DNA of 64,000 bases, from assembly GCA_020056965.1 (NCBI GenBank), contig JAGVGT010000021.1, forward strand, positions 30,717 through 94,716, given 5' to 3'. Made by a program: the position numbers and the translations under genes. Positions 1-9,619 of the stretch are shown here, in pieces; position 1 is the stretch's first letter; each line of letters starts with the position of its first letter. The notes under the pieces are model-generated. The model made no database searches and was not told where the DNA came from. It saw only the letters and a list, made by a program, of their open reading frames with translations. The stretch is from Deltaproteobacteria bacterium (lineage in GTDB: Bacteria; Desulfobacterota; Desulfobulbia; Desulfobulbales; JAGXFP01).

Positions 1-65
1 CAAGGGCAAATGAACCGTTTTTGGCTCAGGTTTTGCGGCGGGCGCCGGGGCAAAGAGTTATTGAC

Positions 66-395
66 TCAGGCCGGTAACTGGCTTTGCACGTAGGTGTTGA
101 TTTTCTGCTCGTCGGCTTCCTGTAAAAACATGAAAGTGACCGCCGTTTCCAGGCCGTTGCCTTTGGCAATCTCTTCCACCACCCAGCCCATCACCCGGAT
201 CGGTTCGGTTTCCCCGGTCAGGGTGAATTCCAGAAACACTTCCTTGGCTCCGTGGCCGGCAGTACTGCCGGGTTTGGTATATCGCATGCCGGCGTTGCTC
301 AAATTGATCGCCCGGGCCTTGGCGGTACCGGCCACCAATTTTTCGGATACCGTCACATCCAGCCCGACCCGGATTCCCTCCCGCCGCTCATTCAT
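66..395 (-). CDS. PilZ-domain protein (c-di-GMP receptor-like)
   Basis: 109-aa ORF. It has an RxxxR motif (RREGIR) near the N-terminus and an N-x-S-x-x-G motif (NLSNAG), which together form the PilZ signature. Confidence 0.7.
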   Translation of the reverse strand: MNERREGIRVGLDVTVSEKLVAGTAKARAINLSNAGMRYTKPGSTAGHGAKEVFLEFTLTGETEPIRVMGWVVEEIAKGNGLETAVTFMFLQEADEQKINTYVQSQLPA

Positions 396-483
396 TGTTC
401 CTGCTCCTTGTGGTGATGGTGGCCACTACTGGTTTTTTTCGGTAATGCGTTTGGTCAAGAACACATCTGGCCTTAATCATCTT

Positions 484-849
484 TCAATGACAAGGAACTG
501 TATGAACCTCAATCTCCACCTGCAGTTTCGTTTGTAGCACTTTTAGGATCGAATTCAGGATATCCATGGTTGGATTGCCTTTGGCGGATAGCCTCCGATG
601 GAGGCTCTTGCTGGGCCGGGCGGTCTCCAGGGCCAGTTCCTCAAAGCCAAGGGTGGCGTTGACCAACTCCCGTAAAACCAGGCGGGCGACCTCGGGATCA
701 CCATTTAAGAACAGCGACACCGCCTCATCCAGCAAGGCTTGCGCAAAGGCAGAATCCTGCCGCACCCGCGCATTTATCGTTTCTTTATAATTTCTGGTCA
801 GGGCCATCAGACTCACCCACCATTTTATGTTTTCTATCTTGCCAGACAT
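484..849 (-). CDS. HigA-family addiction-module antidote protein (antitoxin, HTH)
   Basis: Sequence resembles the putative addiction-module antidote family (…LHRRLSAKGNPTMDILNSILKVL…). Its ATG at 849 overlaps the stop of the upstream toxin remnant as TAATG. An alternative start is Met15 at 807. Confidence 0.7.
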   Translation of the reverse strand: MSGKIENIKWWVSLMALTRNYKETINARVRQDSAFAQALLDEAVSLFLNGDPEVARLVLRELVNATLGFEELALETARPSKSLHRRLSAKGNPTMDILNSILKVLQTKLQVEIEVHTVPCH

Positions 850-1035
850 TATTTGTGTAAGGCTTCCGCGACCTTGATATCGGCCCGATTGTCGCTTCTT
901 AGTGCCGCCCCCGAAGAGAATGATCAGTTTCCGCTCCTCGGCGGCCAGGTATATCCGGTATCCCGGACCCCAGTCGATTTGATACCCGCCATCTTCCCGG
1001 GTATACTCGTCCTTCTTTTGAAGGTGACCTTTATG
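849..1035 (-). pseudogene. Decayed RelE/HigB-type addiction-module killer gene (N-terminally truncated and frameshifted)
   Basis: Hand translation of the minus strand gives HKGHLQKKDEYTREDGGYQIDWGPGYRIYLAAEERKLIILFGGGTKKRQS. After a 1-nt frame change it continues ADIKVAEALHK-stop. A TAA at 1036-1038 cuts off the N-terminal half. The IDxGPGYRIY…GG.K..Q..DI..A pattern is typical of this toxin family. Confidence 0.6.
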
Positions 1036-1443
1036 TTACCAGCAGGCAAGCTTTCGTGTGGCTGATGTTGTCTTTCGTTTCAGAGCGCTTCTTTTTAAAA
1101 AAGTAAAACTAGAATAGCACTACTAAAATCTAATCGTGGCATAGCTACTACATTCAAGTTGCAAATTCAATTAGCGCTTAAGTTTTACATCAAAACCTAC
1201 AGATACCACACTGTGGCAGCAAGTGCTACGTACTAGTGCGTACTTTATTCTTTATTTACAATTAGTTGGTGCGCATTTTTTTGTTAGTAATCATTATCCT
1301 GATTTTCCATTATTATTTTGTGAATTCAACTATTTGGTTGATTTGTTTGCCTTGGTTTTTATAGAATGCTCGTTGGCGTTTCGACCATCTACCTAATTCT
1401 GGAGGGTAGAAAACCTTCACTTGTCATATAGCTGCATATTCGC

Positions 1444-2796
1444 ATGGTACCTACAGAAGAACTACAGGGGTTGTTAAATGGTTTGGCCAATCTGGATGAC
1501 AGTGGTTTATCCCTGCTTTCATCGTTGGCCAAGAGCAATAAAACGACTGCTGTCGTTCAGGGTAAAGTCCGGATTTGTATTTTAGAGGTTGAACGGCATG
1601 ATGATTATCTCCCCAGTATCTCCGTCTGCCTCAAAAATTATCGGCCATATTTCCAGGTAAGCACTTCAAGAAATTATTCAGATGCCCTCGACATGCTTGG
1701 CTCCGGAGAGGCTGTCACTTTGGTCATTATTGACCTGCGCCTCCCGGGAGTCGACGGGTTCAAACTCCTAGCCAAACTTTTTTGTGATTTCCCCAAGATT
1801 CCAGTGATTGTTTTACTGAGTAAGATTGATCCGGAATGGAGAGTTAATCTTGCGTCATTCTGTAACCTAGGCATGCTCAGTCACCCCCTAGATCTCAATG
1901 ATTTGCAGGATGTCATTGAAGAGCGGCTCGAGAATAAAGACGACTGGACCGGCAAAGCTAATGTGCTTGGCGCACTTCTGGCCCTGTTAGAAAACGAACA
2001 GAAGACTACTCTGATGGCGCTATCTTCTGGTTCGCAGAGCGGTTCATGTTTTGTGCGTAACGGCCAAATTATTGATGCCATCTGTGGTGACAAGAGCGGA
2101 GAAGGGGCGTTATGCGAATTATTGGGATGGCAGCGTCCTGAGGTGCTTTTTACTGATTTTGCTGATCCTAAAATTAAGCGAAAAATTAACCAATCAATCA
2201 TCGCGTTCGTAAGCGGGCAGGTTGCGTGCCTACGAAAAGTTGAAACAAATGATTTATCCATGCCAGGCGGTAGTGAAGAATTTTCTGGAAAAGGGCCAGG
2301 CAAACCTATAGAATCTCAGAATGTGTCAAACATCTTCAGGGGTGAAGGTGAGAAGACAGGAAAAAGAGTTACGAATCACGACGTCGGGGCTGCTGTCGGC
2401 CCAAAAAACTTAAAGGAGGAATCGATTATGGCATTGGAAAGCTATCTGGAAAGATTTAAAAAAATTAATGGTTACAAGGCATCGGCAATAATGAATTTTA
2501 CTGGTGAGATTCTTGCCCAGGATTCCAATGACCCAAATATTGATCTGGGCATGGTAGGCGCAACCTTCAACGATATCTTTCGGACCGCCCATGAAGCCTC
2601 AGACAAGATCGGCCTCGAGGCCTGTCGTGAGGCTGCCATCAGCACACCGAAAGGCATAATCATCATGCGTTGCTCTGGAATTAAGGCTAAAGTTCATTAC
2701 CACACCATCGCCATTTTCAGCGCCGACGGCAACCAGGCGCTAGCCAAAATGGAAATGGAGAAGATGATCCCGGCAGTTATGGACGAGTTGGGTTGA
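1444..2796 (+). CDS. Multidomain signalling protein: degenerate receiver, then a PATAN (DUF4388)-like domain, then a C-terminal Roadblock/LC7 domain
   Basis: 450 aa. The receiver-like segment has an acceptor Asp context (VIIDLRLPGVDG) but no N-terminal DD pair, and reads HP where KP is expected. The middle segment (SGSCFVRNGQIIDAICGDKSGEGALCELLGW) resembles DUF4388/PATAN. The C-terminus (GYKASAIMNFTGEILA…TFNDIFRTAHEAS) is Roadblock/LC7-like. Confidence 0.65.
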   Translation: MVPTEELQGLLNGLANLDDSGLSLLSSLAKSNKTTAVVQGKVRICILEVERHDDYLPSISVCLKNYRPYFQVSTSRNYSDALDMLGSGEAVTLVIIDLRLPGVDGFKLLAKLFCDFPKIPVIVLLSKIDPEWRVNLASFCNLGMLSHPLDLNDLQDVIEERLENKDDWTGKANVLGALLALLENEQKTTLMALSSGSQSGSCFVRNGQIIDAICGDKSGEGALCELLGWQRPEVLFTDFADPKIKRKINQSIIAFVSGQVACLRKVETNDLSMPGGSEEFSGKGPGKPIESQNVSNIFRGEGEKTGKRVTNHDVGAAVGPKNLKEESIMALESYLERFKKINGYKASAIMNFTGEILAQDSNDPNIDLGMVGATFNDIFRTAHEASDKIGLEACREAAISTPKGIIIMRCSGIKAKVHYHTIAIFSADGNQALAKMEMEKMIPAVMDELG

Positions 2797-2822
2797 TAGC
2801 TATTTTGTCTGTGGAGTAATAA

Positions 2823-3251
2823 ATGGTCAATCCAGACAGGGCTAAGCCTAAAGACACCTATGATCATATAGATCACGAGGAAGAACTCCTTGGGGGTTAT
2901 TTGTCGAGGCTACAGAAAGTTAAAGGGTATATGGCTTCGGCCATTATGACTTTCCGCGGAGAACTACTTGCAAGTCATTCGTCTGATTCCTTGATTGACT
3001 TGCAAGTAGTTGCCAAGACCTTTAACGATATATTCAGGACAGCCCATGAGGCTTCTGAAAAGATCGGCCTTGAGGCATGTCTGGAAATCGTTATTAGTAC
3101 TCCCAGGGGCAGTATCATCATGCACAGCCCCGGGGTAGATGCCTTGATTCATTTTCACCTCCTGGCTATCATTTCATCCGACGGTAGTCTGGCCTTGGCC
3201 AAGATGGAACTGGACAGAATGACGGCACCAATTTTAGCAGAACTCTCCTGA
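2823..3251 (+). CDS. Roadblock/LC7 (MglB-like) domain protein, paralog of the C-terminus of the upstream gene
   Basis: 142 aa. It shares long identical strings with residues about 330-450 of the upstream ORF (TFNDIFRTAHEAS.KIGLEAC, LALAKME). Confidence 0.7.
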   Translation: MVNPDRAKPKDTYDHIDHEEELLGGYLSRLQKVKGYMASAIMTFRGELLASHSSDSLIDLQVVAKTFNDIFRTAHEASEKIGLEACLEIVISTPRGSIIMHSPGVDALIHFHLLAIISSDGSLALAKMELDRMTAPILAELS

Positions 3252-3337
3252 TATTGAGGTGTGGAGGGCGGGTGAGCCTCCCCCCACACCTTGTCTTTAT
3301 TCCAATTGCTGACATCCATACCCTTAAAGAGTGCAAG

Positions 3338-3685
3338 ATGAATGTCGTCGGAGAAATCAAGTGGTACCTTGACGGTGACTATGCCCACTTGAGGTTTTCC
3401 GAGGGAATCGGATCGTTCTCCATCGATACGGTGATGGTTCCCGCAATTCATCGTAGCAAGGGGATAGGTGGTAAACTGATCGGACATATCTTGATCCTGG
3501 CCGATCAACTCGGAAAACAGGTGCGACTCTCGGCCCGACCGATTGGCGATACGTCCGAAGAACGTCTGCAAAGGTTGATTGCCTACTATCAAAGGTTTGG
3601 TTTTTACGTTGAAGACCGGGGCAACTCGATTGCATATATGGTTAGAGACGTGCCAACGACCTTTAAGCCGGAGATTGTTGAGTAA
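3338..3685 (+). CDS. Small GNAT-like acetyltransferase-fold protein
   Basis: The ATG at 3338 lies inside the 3254..3685 track ORF. A motif-A-like segment is present (VPAIHRSKGIGGKLIGHILILADQLG), followed by YYQRFGF. Confidence 0.5.
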   Translation: MNVVGEIKWYLDGDYAHLRFSEGIGSFSIDTVMVPAIHRSKGIGGKLIGHILILADQLGKQVRLSARPIGDTSEERLQRLIAYYQRFGFYVEDRGNSIAYMVRDVPTTFKPEIVE

Positions 3686-3931
3686 GCAGGGATTGGAGAG
3701 TGAACAGAGGGCTTAATGTGCTCAGGGGACTAACTTGACTCCTGAAAAGACAACTGTTGTCGCGGTTTAGGGGAACTACCGCTACTTTCAGCCGCTACGC
3801 CTTAGCGCCGTCCGGCATCCGGATTTTTGGTTCAGAGCCCAACGATCAATTTGAACGGCTCAGGGGTTCAACCGTAAAAGTTATCCCCCAGTCGGCAACT
3901 TCCATAGCGGGTGCTGGTCGAAAGATGCCAA

Positions 3932-5506
3932 TCATTCCCACTCAATGGTCCCAGGCGGTTTGCCGGTAATATCATAGACCACCCGCGAAACTCCACGCAC
4001 CTCATTGCAAATCCTCCGCGTTACATGATCGAGAAAATCGTATGGAAGATGGGCCCAGCGGGCGGTCATAAAATCGATGGTTTCCACGGCACGTAAAGCA
4101 ATTACATGCTCGTACTGGCGATTATCACCTACAACTCCCACCGACTTGATCGGCAGGAAAACCGTAAAGGCCTGAGAGGTTTTGTCGTAGAGGTTGTAGT
4201 TGCATAGCTCTTCGATAAATATGTGGTCCGCCAGACGCAGGGTGTCGGCATATTCCTTGTGGACTTCTCCAAGAATTCGAACCCCCAGACCTGGACCTGG
4301 AAAAGGATGCCGGTGAACCATTTCGGAAGGGAGTCCAAGCTCCAGGCCGATTTTGCGCACTTCATCCTTGAATAATTCCCGCAAAGGTTCAACCAGTTTG
4401 AGTTTCATATATTCAGGGAGACCACCAACGTTGTGGTGGGATTTGATGACCTTGGCCTTGCCGGTTTTGGCGCCGGCCGATTCGATCACATCGGGATAAA
4501 TGGTCCCCTGGGCCAGCCATTTGACGTTGGAGAGCTTTTCCGATTCCTCGTCAAAGACCTCGATGAAGGTATTGCCGATAATTTTGCGTTTTTGTTCGGG
4601 GTCAGCCACTCCTTTAAGCTTGCTGAGAAAACGCTGCTCGGCATCGACCCTGAGTACTTTTACTCCCATGTGTTGGGCGAAGGTGGTCATCACCTGATCG
4701 CCTTCCTTGAGGCGCAACAGGCCATTGTCGACAAAAACACAGGTCAGTTGCTTGCCGATGGCCTTGTGCAGTAAGGCCGCCACCACGGAAGAGTCTACCC
4801 CGCCGGAGAGGCCGAGAAGCACATCGTCGTTCCCGACCTGGGTTCGGATCTTATTAATTGAATCTTCAATGATATTTCCAGGAGTCCAGAGTCGGTTGCA
4901 ACCACAGATATCGTGGAGGAAACGCTCGATAATCCGCTGCCCCTGGCGGGTGTGGGTCACTTCGGGATGAAACTGAAGTCCGTAAAAGCCTCGCTTTTCA
5001 TCGGCTATGCCGGCAAAAGGGGCGCTATCGGTCTCACAAATGGCCATAAACCCGGCCGGCAGCTTGTTGACCCGATCACCATGGCTCATCCAGACATCGA
5101 GCAATCCGTACCCTTCGGGACTGGTGTGATCTTCAATATCTTTGAGCAACCGCGAATGGCCGTGGGCGCGGAGTTGGGCGTAACCATATTCGCGATGAGT
5201 GGCCGGTTCGACCTCGCCACCAAGCTGGGCGGCCATGGTCTGCAGGCCGTAGCAGATGCCGAGTACCGGTACCCCGAGTTTAAAAACAATGTCGGCAGCC
5301 CGCGGGGTCGCTTCCGCATGGACAGATTGCGGTCCGCCGGAAAGAATAATCCCTCGGGGTGCGAAGTTGCGAATATATTCGGGATCGATGTCCCATGGGC
5401 AAAGTTCACAATAAACCCCGGCTTCACGGACCCGCCTGGCGATGAGTTGGGTGTATTGCGAGCCAAAATCCAGGATAAGTATCCTTTCGCTGTGAATATC
5501 CATCAT
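3932..5506 (-). CDS. guaA: GMP synthase (glutamine-hydrolysing)
   Basis: 524 aa. N-terminal [23 protein letters not shown]-PPase SGGVDSSV motif and C-terminal GTIEWE are all present. Confidence 0.95.
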   Translation of the reverse strand: MMDIHSERILILDFGSQYTQLIARRVREAGVYCELCPWDIDPEYIRNFAPRGIILSGGPQSVHAEATPRAADIVFKLGVPVLGICYGLQTMAAQLGGEVEPATHREYGYAQLRAHGHSRLLKDIEDHTSPEGYGLLDVWMSHGDRVNKLPAGFMAICETDSAPFAGIADEKRGFYGLQFHPEVTHTRQGQRIIERFLHDICGCNRLWTPGNIIEDSINKIRTQVGNDDVLLGLSGGVDSSVVAALLHKAIGKQLTCVFVDNGLLRLKEGDQVMTTFAQHMGVKVLRVDAEQRFLSKLKGVADPEQKRKIIGNTFIEVFDEESEKLSNVKWLAQGTIYPDVIESAGAKTGKAKVIKSHHNVGGLPEYMKLKLVEPLRELFKDEVRKIGLELGLPSEMVHRHPFPGPGLGVRILGEVHKEYADTLRLADHIFIEELCNYNLYDKTSQAFTVFLPIKSVGVVGDNRQYEHVIALRAVETIDFMTARWAHLPYDFLDHVTRRICNEVRGVSRVVYDITGKPPGTIEWE

Positions 5507-5544
5507 GATTCCTTGAGAGAGAGCTTTCGCTGGTGGCCTTGGCG

Positions 5545-7011
5545 TTAACCCAGGCGATAATTTGGGGCTTCCTTGGTGATAATGACGTCATGGACGTGGC
5601 TTTCTTTGAGTCCGGCGGCGGTAATTTGGACAAAACGCGCCTTTTTGCCCAGTTCGGCGATGTTTTTGGCGCCAACGTAACCCATTCCCGAGCGTAAACC
5701 GCCCAGTAGTTGATAGATCATGGCGGAAAGGGGGCCACGATAAGGCACCTTGCCCTCAATTCCTTCCGGGACATACTTGGCCGAGCTTTCGACATCGCTT
5801 TGAAAATATCGGTCACTGCTGCCCTGTTTCATGGCGCCCAAGGAGCCCATGCCCCGGTAGCCCTTGTAGGTTCGGCCCTGATAAAGAAAAGTATCGCCGG
5901 GGGATTCATCGGTGCCGGCAAAGAGTCCGCCGATCATGACCACATTGGCACCGATGCCGATGGCTTTGGTAATGTCACCAGAGAACTTGATGCCGCCATC
6001 GGCGATCAACGGGATGCCATGCTTTTCGGCGACCTGGGCACAATCATCGATGGCGGTCATCTGCGGCACTCCGACTCCGGCGACTATCCTGGTGGTGCAG
6101 ATCGATCCCGGCCCGACTCCGACTTTGATGCAGTCGGCCCCAGCCTTGATCAGATCCTCGGCACCCTTGGCGGTGGCAATATTGCCGGCGATAACCGGCA
6201 GATTGGGGAAGGCAGCCTTGATCTCCCGTAAGGTGTTAAGTACGTTCAGGGAATGGCCGTGGGCGGAGTCAAGTCCGACGATATCGACACCAGCCTTGAT
6301 CAGTCTTTCCACCTGCTCCAGGTAATTGCCGCCAATGCCGATGGCGGCGCCGACCCGTAAGCGACCAAAGCTGTCCTTGGCGGCCAGCGGATATTTTTTT
6401 ATTTTTTCCAAATCCTTGATGGTAATCAGACCACACAGGGAACCGTCTTCCTCAACCACCAGCAATTTCTCGATCCGATGTTCGTGCAGCAGGGCCTTGG
6501 ATTGCGCCATGGTTATTCCAGGCCTGGCGGTGACCAAATTTTTGCTGGTCATGGCGTCATCAACCTTGAGGTCCAGGTCGGTGACAAAACGCAGGTCCCG
6601 ATTGGTGACGATGCCGACCAGTTTATTGTCGCGGTTGAGAACCGGTACGCCGGAAATCCGATAGGAGTTCATGATCTCCTTGACCTCGCCGACGGTCTGG
6701 CCGGTTCGGACGGTAATGGGGTCCACGATCATCCCGGATTCGGATTTCTTGACCTTTTCCACCTCGATGGCCTGTTCCTCAAAGGTCATGTTTTTGTGGA
6801 TTATCCCTATACCACCCTCCCTGGCCATGGTGATGGCGGTCCGATGTTCGGTAACCGTGTCCATGGCGGCGCTGACCAAGGGGATATTCAGGGAAATTTC
6901 CTTGGTCAGCATGGTGGCCAGGTTGACATTGGACGGCAATACTTCTGATTTAGCGGGGATCAGCAGCAGGTCATCGAAGGTATAGGCTGGTCTGATTTTA
7001 TCGGGATTCAT
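5545..7011 (-). CDS. guaB: IMP dehydrogenase
   Basis: 488 aa. Tandem CBS region and catalytic [11 protein letters not shown]-type loop ([21 protein letters not shown]) are present. Confidence 0.95.
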   Translation of the reverse strand: MNPDKIRPAYTFDDLLLIPAKSEVLPSNVNLATMLTKEISLNIPLVSAAMDTVTEHRTAITMAREGGIGIIHKNMTFEEQAIEVEKVKKSESGMIVDPITVRTGQTVGEVKEIMNSYRISGVPVLNRDNKLVGIVTNRDLRFVTDLDLKVDDAMTSKNLVTARPGITMAQSKALLHEHRIEKLLVVEEDGSLCGLITIKDLEKIKKYPLAAKDSFGRLRVGAAIGIGGNYLEQVERLIKAGVDIVGLDSAHGHSLNVLNTLREIKAAFPNLPVIAGNIATAKGAEDLIKAGADCIKVGVGPGSICTTRIVAGVGVPQMTAIDDCAQVAEKHGIPLIADGGIKFSGDITKAIGIGANVVMIGGLFAGTDESPGDTFLYQGRTYKGYRGMGSLGAMKQGSSDRYFQSDVESSAKYVPEGIEGKVPYRGPLSAMIYQLLGGLRSGMGYVGAKNIAELGKKARFVQITAAGLKESHVHDVIITKEAPNYRLG

Positions 7012-7210
7012 TGATTGCTCTCCGTCAGATATGAAATGGTTTGTCGCGACCCGGGTTTATCGGTAAAGCAGGATCAGACAACAGGTGGGGCTGGGGTCAG
7101 AAATGCTAAGCTGTTATTATGGTAATAATCTGGCCATTCTGGGTAGCCCAGACGGCATAAGGGGCCGCAAGAGAAGGGCCTGAGTTGCACAAGTTATTTT
7201 CGAACGATAA

Positions 7211-7561
7211 CTAAGCCCTTGTAATACTCAATAGGATGCCTTCCATAAGTCCAGCATCGGAAACCATCATACCTTCACAGCCAATTGTTGCAAGAACCTC
7301 TTGATATATTTCCAAGCCGAGGATGAGTATATCTTCCCGACCGGCTTCAAGCCCCTTGCATTCTTTGAGCTGCGTTGGGCTGAGAGCGGCAAGCGAATTG
7401 TAAATTTCGGCGATACCCTGTCTGGTTAGGAAGTAGCCTTGGATTTTGTCAGTTTCATGACTCGCTACCAGGGCACTTGCTCGGTCCGGAAAAGCGACTA
7501 GCAGGCGGAAGCTGTTGCTTCCAAGGTCGATGGCGGCAGCGATAACCTGGTCATTAAGCAT
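7211..7561 (-). CDS. Miniature Ppx/GppA-family ORF (possible internally deleted remnant)
   Basis: 116 aa. It starts with the Ppx/GppA phosphate-1 motif (AAIDLGSNSFRLLVA) and ends with the end of that domain (REDILILGLEIY…VSDAGLMEGILL). About 190 aa normally found between these segments are missing. Confidence 0.5.
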   Translation of the reverse strand: MLNDQVIAAAIDLGSNSFRLLVAFPDRASALVASHETDKIQGYFLTRQGIAEIYNSLAALSPTQLKECKGLEAGREDILILGLEIYQEVLATIGCEGMMVSDAGLMEGILLSITRA

Positions 7562-7665
7562 TGATTAGCTGTTGGGTATATAATAGAGTTCAGCGGATTA
7601 TTGTAATATGTAGCAGTGGTACAACGAAATTAATTTATCACACGCGAGGAGGCGTTCTAAAACTA

Positions 7666-8289
7666 ATGGAACAGGCTGTGACATTGTCCATTAATCCCGA
7701 TAACCCGCAGATACGTTTGATCCGGCAGGTGGTGGAACAACTGCGCCAGGACGGGGTTATCTGTTACCCTACCGATACCGGCTACGGCATCGGTTGCGAT
7801 ATCTTTAATCAAAAGGCCGTCAAGCGTATATACCAGATCAAGCAACGGCCTAAGGATAAGCCGTTCAGTTTCATGTGTGCCGACCTGAAAGATCTAAGCC
7901 GGTACTGTTATGTATCAAATACCGCCTATCGTCTGATGAAAAAGAATTTACCTGGCGCCTACACCTTCATCCTGCCGACCATGAAAATAGTCCCCAAGAT
8001 TCTTATCACTCGTCAGAAAACAGTAGGAATCAGGGTGCCTGATAACGCAATCTGCCGGGCGCTTATTGAGGAATTGGGTAATCCGATCTTGACCACCAGC
8101 GCTGCCACAATCGACGAGGGAAAAACTTTGACTGAAGTCTATGAAATAGAAGAGCGGTTGGGCAGGCAGCTCGATTGCATTATTGATGGTGGTTCGGTGT
8201 ATCCGTTCCCATCGACGATCATTTCACTGCTTAACGACGAAATAGAAATACTCAGGCAGGGGAAGGGTGACACGGCAAACTTTGAATAA
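7666..8289 (+). CDS. tsaC: L-threonylcarbamoyladenylate synthase (YrdC/Sua5 family)
   Basis: The ATG at 7666 is preceded by GAGGAGG. YPTDTGYGIGCD and a KGRP-like QRPKDKPFS motif are present. Confidence 0.85.
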   Translation: MEQAVTLSINPDNPQIRLIRQVVEQLRQDGVICYPTDTGYGIGCDIFNQKAVKRIYQIKQRPKDKPFSFMCADLKDLSRYCYVSNTAYRLMKKNLPGAYTFILPTMKIVPKILITRQKTVGIRVPDNAICRALIEELGNPILTTSAATIDEGKTLTEVYEIEERLGRQLDCIIDGGSVYPFPSTIISLLNDEIEILRQGKGDTANFE

Positions 8290-8344
8290 CCTTAAAACAT
8301 TGTCCACCCACTTCACGCTCCACGATTAAGCGGAGGGTAAAGGG

Positions 8345-8629
8345 TTATTTTTTACCGGCTAGGGGATCCTTCAGAGACTTGCTCATAGTAAAATGAAGGG
8401 TGCTACGCTCGGGAATGTTCATGATTTCACTGGTTTTGGGATTTTTAGTGCTCCGCGCTTTGCGCTTACGGACACTGAAGCTGCCGAAACCCCGGATTTC
8501 AACCCGCTGCCCCTCAATCAGTGCTTCGATAATTGACTCCAGAATAATATCAACGGCTGTAGCAATATCTTTTTTAAGGTAACCATCCATTTGCGAGGTC
8601 ACCTTGTCGATCAGGTCTTTTTTAAGCAT
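8345..8629 (-). CDS. ihfB: Integration host factor beta-like protein (HU/IHF family)
   Basis: 94 aa with the IEIRGFGSFSVRKRKAR…NPKT motif. It lies downstream of rpsA, as in the conserved rpsA-ihfB arrangement. Confidence 0.75.
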   Translation of the reverse strand: MLKKDLIDKVTSQMDGYLKKDIATAVDIILESIIEALIEGQRVEIRGFGSFSVRKRKARSTKNPKTSEIMNIPERSTLHFTMSKSLKDPLAGKK

Positions 8630-8678
8630 GGTAGATATTTCCTTTTACCGACCCGATGTTATGAGGCGGTTATACATC

Positions 8679-9599
8679 TTATGGTTTGAAATTAAGTTCG
8701 TATGACAAGGTTGGATACAAAGCGCTCAGGTTCTGCCAAGTTGTTTCGCCACTGTTTCCAACCAGTAGTCTCAACAACGAGAAATCTTTCTCAGAGGAAT
8801 AAACCAGCGGTGGCAGTTCGGTTTTCATCCCTGCCAGTTTGCTGGCCACCATTATGGCATCGGTGAAGTTCCCGAACTGATCGATCAAACCTAATTTAAG
8901 GGCTTGTTCGCCGGAGAAAATCCGCCCATCAGCCAATGTCAATGCTTGTTCGTGGGAAAGGCTTCGGCTTTCTGCCACCGCTTTGACGAACTGCTGGTGG
9001 ACATTATCGATTATATCCTGCAGCAGGGCTTTTTCCTCAGCGGTCATGGGACGATTCATTGCGCCGATATCTTTAAGCTTGCCGCTTTTTACGATCTCGC
9101 TGCGATAGCCGATTTTATCAAAAATCTCGGTCAGATTGGGGAACTTGACGATCACCCCAATGCTACCCGTCAAGGTTCCCGGGCTGGCTATGACTTTGCG
9201 AGCACCAAGGGCCGCATAATAACCGCCTGAAGCAGCGAGAGAACCCAAGGAAGCCACAACCGGTTTAATGCGGTCGGTTCTTTTGACTTCTTCAAATATC
9301 TCCTGGGAGGCGCCTACCGCTCCACCCGGGCTGTCAATTCGCAGAACAACGGCTCGGATTTGTCGATCCTTGCGAAACTCGGTCAGTTCACGAATAGGCT
9401 TCTCAGCTGAGGTGATCAAGCCTCTGATCTCAACTACTCCGATCTTACCGGAACCGAAGAACTCCTGGCCCTGTTCCGCGGAAGGGAACAGGGCCAGGAA
9501 TACCTTTATCGCTAACCAAGAGCAAACGAAGAGTACGCCCAAGATGACGACGATGCTGACGAAAGGGTGCTTTCGCCGAATGGTGTCCATATTGAACAT
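8679..9599 (-). CDS. sppA: Signal peptide peptidase SppA (36K type)
   Basis: 306 aa with an N-terminal TM helix, VLRIDSPGG, and the S49 catalytic Ser context (SLAASGGYY). Confidence 0.85.
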   Translation of the reverse strand: MFNMDTIRRKHPFVSIVVILGVLFVCSWLAIKVFLALFPSAEQGQEFFGSGKIGVVEIRGLITSAEKPIRELTEFRKDRQIRAVVLRIDSPGGAVGASQEIFEEVKRTDRIKPVVASLGSLAASGGYYAALGARKVIASPGTLTGSIGVIVKFPNLTEIFDKIGYRSEIVKSGKLKDIGAMNRPMTAEEKALLQDIIDNVHQQFVKAVAESRSLSHEQALTLADGRIFSGEQALKLGLIDQFGNFTDAIMVASKLAGMKTELPPLVYSSEKDFSLLRLLVGNSGETTWQNLSALYPTLSYELNFKP

Positions 9600-9619
9600 G
9601 GTCGGCTGGAAAGGTCGAA

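Noticed and set aside
3757-4096. Two short plus-strand ORFs (70 and 61 aa) between the GNAT-like gene and guaA.
   Set aside because: They overlap the guaA 3-prime end or lie in its terminator-side spacer. They have no RBS and no recognisable motif.
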